Positions 55,701 to 64,000 of a DNA stretch of 64,000 nt are shown one piece after another. Each line of letters begins with the position of its first letter. The first letter of the stretch is position 1. The notes under the pieces were generated by a model. The model ran no database searches. It was not told where the DNA came from and worked only from the letters and a program-made list of their open reading frames with translations. The translations under genes were made by a program, and so were the position numbers. Source of the stretch: Eledone cirrhosa (taxonomy: Eukaryota); NCBI GenBank assembly GCA_964016885.1, contig CAXHJY010000931.1:1-64000 (forward strand). The letters are read 5' to 3'.

Positions 55701-58700
55701 CGTTTGGTAGGTTGACAGTCACAGTGTTGTAGAGTTGGTGACGTTTGGTAGGTTGACTGTGACAGTGTTGTAGAGTTTGTAACGTTTGGTAGGTTGACAG
55801 TGTTGTAGAGTTGGTGACGTTTGGTAGGTTGACCGTAACAGTGTTGTAGAGTTGGTGACCTGTGGTAGGTTGACAGTGACAGTGTTGTAGAGTTGGTGAC
55901 CTTTGGTAGGTTGACTGTGACAGTGTTGTAGAGTTGGTGACGTTTGGTAGGCTGACCGTAACAGTGTTGTAGAGTTGGTGACCTGTTGTAGGTTGACAGT
56001 GACAGTGTTGTAGAGTTGGTAACCTTTGGTAGGTTGACTGTGACAGTGTTGTAGAGTTGGTGACGTTTGGTAGGCTGACCATAACAGTGTTGTATAATTG
56101 GTGACCTTCGGTAGGTTCGCAGTGACAGTGTTGTAGAGTTGGTGACGTTTGGTAGGTTGACAGTGACAGTGTTGTAGAGTTGGTGACGTTTGGTAGGTTG
56201 ACAGTGACAGTGTTGTAGAGTTGGGGACGTTTGGTAGATTGACTGTGACAGTGTTGTAGAGTTGGTGACGTTTGGTAGGCTGACCGTAACAGTGTTGTAG
56301 AGTTGGTGACGTTTGGTAGGTTGACAGTGACAGTGTTGTAGAGTTGGTGACCTTTGGTAGGTTGACTGTGACAGTGTTGTAGAGTTGGTGACCTTTGGTA
56401 GGTTGGCAGTGACAGTGTTGTAGAGTTGGTGACGTTTGGTAGGTTGACTGTGACAGTGTTGTAGAGTTGGTGACGTTTGGTAGGTTGACCGTAACAGTGT
56501 TGTAGAGTTGGTGACGTTTGGTAGGTTGGCAGTGACAGTGTTGTAGAGTTGGTGACCTTTGGTAGGTTGACAGTGACAGTGTTGTAGAGTTGGTGACGTT
56601 TGGTAGGTTGACAGTGACAGTGTTTTAGAGTTGGTGACGTTTGGTAGGTTGACAGTGACAGTGTTGTAGAGTTGGTGACGTTTGGTAGGCTGACCGTAAC
56701 AGTGTTGTAGAGTTGGTGACCTGTGGTAGGTTGGCTGTGACAGTGTTGTAGAGTTGGTGACCTTTGGTAGGTTGACAGTGACAGTGTTGTAGAGTTGGTG
56801 ACGTTTGGTAGGTTGACAGTGACAGTGTTGTAGAGTTGGTGACGTTTGGTAGGTTGACATTGACAGTGTTGTAGAGTTGGTGACGTTTGGTAGGTTGACA
56901 GTGACAGTGCTGTAGAGTTGGTGACGTTTGGTAGGTTGACAGTGACAGTGTTGTAGAGTTGGTGACGTTTGGTAGGTTGACTGTGACAGTGTTGTAGAGT
57001 TGGTGACCTGTGGTAGGTTGGCTGTGACAGTGTTGTAGAGTTGGTGACCTTTGGTAGGTTGGCTGTGACAGTGTTGTAGAGTTGGTGACCTTTGGTAGGT
57101 TGACAGTGACAGTGTTGTAGAGTTGGTGACGTTTGGTAGGTTGACAGTCACAGTGTTGTAGAGTTGGTGACGTTTGGTAGGTTGACTGTGACAGTGTTGT
57201 AGAGTTTGTAACGTTTGGTAGGTTGACAGTGTTGTAGAATTGGTGACGTTTGGTAGGTTGACCGTAACAGTGTTGTAGAGTTGGTGACCTGTGGTAGGTT
57301 GACAGTGACAGTGTTGTAGAGTTGGTGACCTTTGGTAGGTTGACTGTGACAGTGTTGTAGAGTTGGTGACGTTTGGTAGGCTGACCGTAACAGTGTTGTA
57401 GAGTTGGTGACCTGTGGTAGGTTGACAGTGACAGTGTTGTAGAGTTGGTGACGTTTGGTAGGCTGACCATAACAGTGTTGTATAATTGGTGACCTTCGGT
57501 AGGTTCGCAGTGACAGTGTTGTAGAGTTGGTGACGTTTGGTAGGTTGACAGTGACAGTGTTGTAGAGTTGGTGACGTTTGGTAGGTTGACAGTGACAGTG
57601 TTGTAGAGTTGGGGACGTTTGGTAGGTTGACTGTGACAGTGTTGTAGAGTTGGTGACGTTTGGTAGGCTGACCGTAACAGTGTTGTAGAGTTGGTGACGT
57701 TTGGTAGGTTGACAGTGACAGTGTTGTAGAGTTGGTGACCTTTGGTAGGTTGACTGTGACAGTGTTGTAGAGTTGGTGACCTTTGGTAGGTTGGCAGTGA
57801 CAGTGTTGTAGAGTTGGTGACGTTTGGTAGGTTGACTGTGACAGTGTTGTAGAGTTGGTGACGTTTGGTAGGTTGACCGTAACAGTGTTGTAGAGTTGGT
57901 GACGTTTGGTAGGTTGGCAGTGACAGTGTTGTAGAGTTTGTCACGTTTGGTAGGTTGACAGTGACAGTGTTGTAGAGTTGGTGACGTTTGGTAGGTTGAC
58001 TGTGACAGTGTTGTAGAGTTGGTGACGTTTGGTAGGCTGACCGTAACAGTGTTGTATAGTTGGTGACCTTTGGTAGGTTGGCAGTGAGAGTGTTGTAGAA
58101 TTGGTGACGTTTGGTAGGTTGACAGTGACAGTGTTGTAGAGTTGGTGACCTTTGGTAGGTTGGCAGTGACAGTGTTGTAGAGTTGGTGACCTTTGGTAGG
58201 TGGACAGTAACAGTGTTGTAGAGTTGGTGACCTTTGGTAAATTGGCAGTGACAGTGTTGTAGAGTTGGTGACCTTTGGTAGGTTGACAGTGACAGTGTTG
58301 TAGAGTTGGTGACGTTTGGTAGGTTGACAGTAACAGTGTTGTAGAGTTGGTGACGTTTGGTATGTTGACTGTGACAGTGTTGTAGAGTTTGTGACCTTTG
58401 GTAAATTGGCAGTGACAGTGTTGTAGAATTGGTGACCTTTGGTAGTTTGACTGTGACAGTGTTGTAGAGTTGGTGACGTTTGGTAGGTTGACTGTGACAG
58501 TGTTGTAGAGTTGGTGACGTTTGGTAGGTTGACAGTGACAGTGTTGTAGAGTTGGTGACCTCTGGTAGGTTGGCAGTGACAGTGTTGTAGAGTTGGTGAC
58601 GTTTGGTAGGTTGACAGTGTTGTAGAGTTGGTGACGTTTGGTAGGTTGACAGTGTTGTAGAGTTGTTGACGTTTGGTAGGTTGACTGTGATAGTATTGTA

Positions 58701-60599
58701 GAGTTGGTGATGTTTGGTAGGTTGACGGTGACAGTGTTGTAGAGTTGGTGACGTTTGATAGGTTGACAGTGACAGTGTTGTAGAGTTGGTGACGTTTGGT
58801 AGGTTGACTGTGACAGTGTTGTAGAGTTGGTGACGTTTGGTAGGTTGACAGTGACAGTGTTGTAGAGTTGGCGACGTTTGATAGGTTGACTGTGACAGTA
58901 TTGTAGAGTTGGTGACGTTTGGTAGGTTGACAGTGACAGTGTTGTCGAGTTGGTGACGTTTGGTAGGTTGACTGTGACAGTGTTGTAGAGTTGGTGACGT
59001 TTGGTAGGATGACGGTGACAGTGTTGTAGAGTTGGTGACGTTTGGTAGGTTGACAGTGACAGTGTTGTAGGGTTGGTGACCTTTGGTAGATTGGCAGTGA
59101 CAGTGTTGTAGAGTTGGTGACGTTTGGTTGGTTGACTGTGACAGTGTTGTAGAGTTGGTGACGTTTGGTAGGTTGACAGTGACAGTGTTGTTGGGGTGGT
59201 GACGTTTGGTAGGTTGACAGTGACAGTGTTGTAGAGTTGGTGACGTTTGGTAGGTTGACAGTGACAGTGTTGTAGAGTTGGTGACATTTGGTAGGTTCAC
59301 AGTGACAGTGTTGTAGAGTTGGTGACGTTTGGTAGGTTGACAGTGACAGTGTTGTAGAGTTGGTGACGTTTGGTAGGTTGACTGTGACAGTATTGTAGAG
59401 TTGGTGACGTTTGGTAGGTTGACAGTGACAGTGTTGTAGAGTTGGTGACGTTTGGTAGGTTGACAGTGACAGTGTTGTAGAGTTGGTGACGTTTGGTAGG
59501 TTGACAGTGACAGTGTTGTAGAGTTGGTGACGTTTGGTAGGTTGACAGTGACAGTGTTGTAGAGTTGGTGACCTTTGGTAGGTTGACTGTGACAGTGTTG
59601 TAGAGTTTGTCACATTTGGTAGGTTGACTGTGACAGTGTTGTAGAGTTTGTCACATTTGGTAGGTTGACTGTGACAGTGTTGTAGAGTTTGTCACATTTG
59701 GTAGGTTGACTGTGACAGTGTTGTAGAGTTTGTCACATTTGGTAGGTTGACTGTGACAGTGTTGTAGAGTTGGTGACGTTTGGGAGGTTGACAGTAACAG
59801 TGTTGTAGAGTTGGTGACGTTTGGTAGGTTGACAGTGACAGTGTTGTAGATTTGGTGACCTTTGGTAGGTTGACTGTGACAGTGTTGTAGAGTTGGTGAC
59901 CTTTGGTAGGTTGACTGTGACAGTGTTGTAGAGTTTGTCACATTTGGTAGGTTGACTGTGACAGTGTTGTAGAGTTGGTCACGTTTGGTAGGCTGACCGT
60001 AACAGTGTTGTAGAGTTGGTGACCTGTGGTAGGTTGGCTGTGACAGTGTGGTAGAGTTGGTGACCTTTGGTAGGTTGACAGTGACAGTGTTGTAGAGTTG
60101 GTGACGTTTGGTAGGTTGACTGTGACATTGTTGTAGAGTTGGTGACCTTTGGTAGGTTGACTGTGACAGTGTTGTAGAGTTGGTGACGTTTGGTAGGCTG
60201 ACAGTGACAGTGTTGTAGAGTTGGTGACCTTTGGTAGGTTGACTGTGACAGTGTTGTAGAGTTGGTGACGTTTGGTAGGTTGACAGTGACAGTGTTGTAG
60301 AGTTGGTGACGTTTGGTAGGTTGACTGTGACAGTGTTGTAGAGTTTGTAACGTTTGGTAGGTTGACAGACAGTGTTGTAGAGTTGGTGACGTTTGGTAGG
60401 TTGACAGTGACAGTGTTGTAGAGTTGGTGACGTTTGGTAGGTTGACTGTGACAGTGTTGTAGAGTTGGTGACGTTTGGTAGGTTGACTGTGACAGTGTTG
60501 TAGTGTTGGTGACGTTTGGTAGGTTGACAGTGACAGTGTTGTAGAGTTGGTGACGTTTGGTAGGTTGACAGTGACAGTGTTGTAGAGTTGGTGACGTTT
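52794..60599. repeat. 41-bp minisatellite GTGACAGTGTTGTAGAGTTGGTGACGTTTGGTAGGTTGACA, ~190 copies
   Basis: Direct reading; the 41-aa periodicity of the minus-strand ORFs equals 3 units. Confidence 0.98.
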
Positions 60600-61319
60600 A
60601 CTCTGGCACTTAAGATTACTTTTTGGAGACTGTTATAGAAATAGAAAAATTTGTCGGGAAATTATGGATAAAGTTGGCTGTAACTGTGTGTAAGCTTTGC
60701 TGTTTGATGGAACACATTGTAGAGTTATTGGTGTTTGATGGATTATCACAGCGATATTGTCACAATTGTAGAAAATGGTAGAAATATGGCTATTTATTGC
60801 TTTGTCGAAGAATATTCAAGAATAATTATCATGTTAAACGTTGTACAAATTCTATGGCTTCAGTATGTTCTTGTATTTACCAAACTTCATTCCTGAAGAT
60901 TATATAGAAAATATTAAAAGGAAAAGCTGGTAAGATGATAATAATTAAGAAATGTTAGTTATAGTAATCTCTACCCGGAACGTAAAGGGAGGTAATTTCC
61001 TACCGTAGATCACTGTCGGACGCTCTAACAATCTGCCAATATACTACCCTAAATAACAATGGTTTCTACTTTTAGCAGAAGACCAGTAACTCGGAAAGAA
61101 GTAATCTTCACTCCAATACTTCATTGACATTTTATTTTATCGACCATGGAAAGTATCAGTCACGTGGTGTGATGGTCATTTCCTGACCATCACTTAATCC
61201 AGAGTTTCTCTTCTCACGCCATTGAAATGTCTCCTGGTTAAGTCTATAAAATACTGGAAACTTCTCTTGTATGTAGAGCACCTGAATATTTGTACCTGTA
61301 GGAAATATAATAATAATAA

Positions 61320-61538
61320 TGTTTTCTGATATAGGCACAAGGCCAGCAATTATTTTTGTGGGGGAGGAGAAAGTCGATTAAATCGACGCCAGTGCATTAC
61401 TGGTACTTTATTTTATCGACTCTGTAAGGATGAAAGGCAAAGTAGACCTTGGCGAGATTTGAACTCAGGACGTAAATATCCGGAATAAATGCTACAAAGC
61501 ATTTTCTCCGACGCTCTAACGTTCTGCCAATCCACCGC
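61320..61538 (-). mobile_element. Nin-domain tRNA-SINE
   Basis: Full head (GGCGGTGGATTGGCAG on minus), core and tail. Confidence 0.88.
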
Positions 61539-61639
61539 CCTAATAATAATAATAATTGACAGAAAAACAAAACAATAAAGACTGTAATTAGAATGCACAC
61601 TCAAAATTAGATATAAAAATATTATATTTACGATTAATA

Positions 61640-61848
61640 CAAAATTTTGTCGATCGACTTTCGTCAAATCGGACCGAGGAAACAATGTTTCCGTTGGTCT
61701 TTCCAATTGCTAATACTCCAGCTAGGAGGATCAACGAGAAATAAAGTGTCTTGTTCAAGGACATAACGCATCGCCTGGTCCAAGAATCGAACTGACAACC
61801 TCACGATTGCAAATCAAGTTCTCTAACCAATCAGCCACACGCCTTCAC
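61640..61848 (-). mobile_element. tRNA-derived SINE, second-family head
   Basis: AAAGTGTCTTGTTCAAGGACATAACGC..GAATCGAAC..GCCACACGCCTTCA. Confidence 0.75.
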
Positions 61849-62090
61849 CATTAATACAAGGGAAACTTAAACATCTAAATGACATTAATTTGTAGTGCAG
61901 TTGGTTAACAAATTCGTCAGAACGTCAGGCCTTGTGCCTAAATCTGAAATAAATTAGAACTCAATTCTGTATATTTTAATATATTATTTCTGTTAGTTTT
62001 AGATCTGTCGTAATGTATCCTGTGTTCTGTTTACAAGGTTTATGATGATGTATTAATCTATCCTAGAGTTAGTGTGTCTAGGATATATAT

Positions 62091-62271
62091 AATTGTTTCT
62101 ACTTTTGGTACAAGGCCAGCAATTACCTCAGTACATTTCTGGTACTTTATTTTATCGACCCCATAAGGATGAAAGGCAAAGTTAACCTCAGCGGGATTTG
62201 AACTCAGAATGGCAAGGGCCTTAACTCTGACACTCTGTCAGGCTCTCCACCGATACTGCCAATCCACAGCC
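62091..62271 (-). mobile_element. Nin-domain tRNA-SINE
   Basis: Same core as the 43.5-kb copies. Confidence 0.88.
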
Positions 62272-62923
62272 CTTGCTTTATATAATGCACTTTACTTATT
62301 CTTTCAGTATTTGTAATAAGTGTTGTACTTTTTGTGGTATATTTCTTCCTCAACTCAGAAGAATGTTTTGATATTAGTTGGATATATTTACATCAACTGT
62401 ATGTAGATGTCTGAGGTTTTAACACCACATTAGTATAGTATCGGGATGGGGAAGGTGGGACATTTGGCATTATGTAGTGGAAACCGGTTTGGGGGTTGGT
62501 ATAACTTTCAATACAAGGGAGATAATTCCCATAGGATTAGCTGAGCGAAATTTTTGGACAATACATACTATGTAGATTAGAGTGGTTCTCTTTGTTAAAG
62601 AGAAATGATTAAAGTAATGGACTTTAATTTTTAATGTTACAGAGTTGTAGTACTGTTTTCTATTTTTCAATAACGCCTTAATATTTGGGCTTCAGGTTTC
62701 ATGCAGACGTTGAAAGTTAATGATCACATCCATTCTTGTATTCTGATAAGAACATTGTGTGATCAATTTAATACTCACCTACACCTGGATAGTAGATGTC
62801 CAGTTGATTGTCTAGATTGTTTGTAGAACTGAGTAGCGTACTAATGAGAAGGGGATCGTCGCTAAAATTGAAGAGAAAGGTGAAAGTAACGGACATGTTT
62901 CGGCCATATTATAAAGACTGATC

Positions 62924-62978
<55 letters not shown>

Positions 62979-63064
62979 CACTGGAAGGTAATATCCGTAG
63001 TGGTAGAGCACTCAGTTCATGGGACGAGTTTGGTAGAAGTAGTAACAACAGTTAGTTCACCATA

Positions 63065-63104
63065 CTGAGAACAATTGTTTCACTTATACGGATCTTCAGC
63101 TCGG
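63065..63104 (-). ncRNA. Type I hammerhead ribozyme inside a 29-bp inverted repeat (63037-63151)
   Basis: Minus strand: CCGAG-CTGAAGA-T-CC(GTATA)AG-T-GAA-ACAATTGT-T-CTCAG. Confidence 0.68.
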
Positions 63105-63153
63105 ACTGGTCATGGTTATACGGTATGGTAAACTAACTGTTGTTACTACTTAT

Positions 63154-64000
63154 ATACTAGATCAACCGTGACCCGGTGGGTCAGGTTCACTTCAAAATAT
63201 TTTTAAAAAATCATGTTCACTTGAAAGTAATTTTTAAATAATTAAAATATACACAGACATGTATATAATGTAAAATGAAATTGGAAGGTCATTCTCACTT
63301 AAGAATAATTTTTAAATATGCCAAAACATTTTTTTTTTATCGTATTCACTTGAAAATAATTTTTAAAAAATTAAAAATCTTGTCTGTGTAAAGAAAGCTA
63401 AAATATAAATACTTACTGTACCAACAACTGGTATTTTCGAAATCACATTCACTTAAAAGTATTTGTAAATAATTAAAATATTCTGTTTAACAAAAGCAAA
63501 AGTACATTTACTTTAAAAACAACTCGTATTTTTCAGTCATATTCACTTAAAAATGTTTTTTTTTATAATAATTAAAATATCGTCTGTTTAATCGTCTGTT
63601 TAAAGAAAGCTGAAATATAGATACTTAAAGTACAAACAACTTGTATTTTTGAAATCATATTCACTGACAAATCACTGAAAAAAGATTTTTAATGTATTTT
63701 TTAAATCCTATTCACTTAAACATATTTTTATTATTCAAAAATATTATTATGTCCGATTTACGCCAAACTTGTTTTATTCCGTTTGTATTCCCATTTCAGG
63801 GTTATTTTACTTTCGGAGTATTTTTCCATTATGCACCGTTATGGCTATTTATGAAGGTACCGGAAACGCGTGCTTCGATTTACGTGAAACTTGTTTTATT
63901 CCATTTGTATTCCCCTTTCAGAGTCAACTTCCTTTCAATGTATTTTCCCATTATGCGCCCTTTTGGCTGTATTACATTACAGAAAAGCAAGCAAGCAATC
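63154..64000 (+). mobile_element. Helitron/Helentron-like non-autonomous element with internal AT-rich tandem subrepeats
   Basis: TACTAG start plus hairpin TGACCCGGTGGGTCA; recurring (A)TTCACTT(G/A)AAA; ~122-bp duplication at 63755/63877. Confidence 0.5.

Noticed and set aside
52528-59941. Mucin-like repeat protein gene
   Set aside because: Unit length 41 is not a multiple of 3, all frames give the same peptide, and there is no signal peptide or unique domain
60600-60895. Minus-strand exon after the TCTTCAG acceptor
   Set aside because: Stops in all three frames; no recognisable product

Overview
Repeat-dominated, AT-rich eukaryotic DNA. The SINE families and microsatellite style suggest an octopus/coleoid cephalopod (inference). 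No intact protein-coding gene was found, and all long ORFs in the track are translations of micro- or minisatellites. Over half the window is tandem repeat: a (TA/TATG)n tract plus 16-, 21-, 29-, 31-, 33/36-, 40- and 41-bp minisatellites, two with kilobase-scale higher-order duplications. The rest contains many tRNA-derived SINEs (mostly Nin-domain type), 3' fragments of CRE-like, R4/Dong-like and RTE LINEs, a Penelope-like (PLE) GIY-YIG remnant, Helitron-like and hAT-like non-autonomous elements. The most notable unannotated signal is a dense set of about 12 minimal type I hammerhead ribozyme (HHR) motifs plus about 3 half-motifs from several unrelated families. Most sit in short non-coding fold-back (head-to-head palindromic) elements next to (TA)n tracts, and many have a U-U pair at the base of stem II. 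One lies in a 419-bp tandem, retrozyme-like unit. Two R4/Dong-like elements are also stacked inside a (CATA)n microsatellite. Coordinates of repeat edges are read by eye and approximate.
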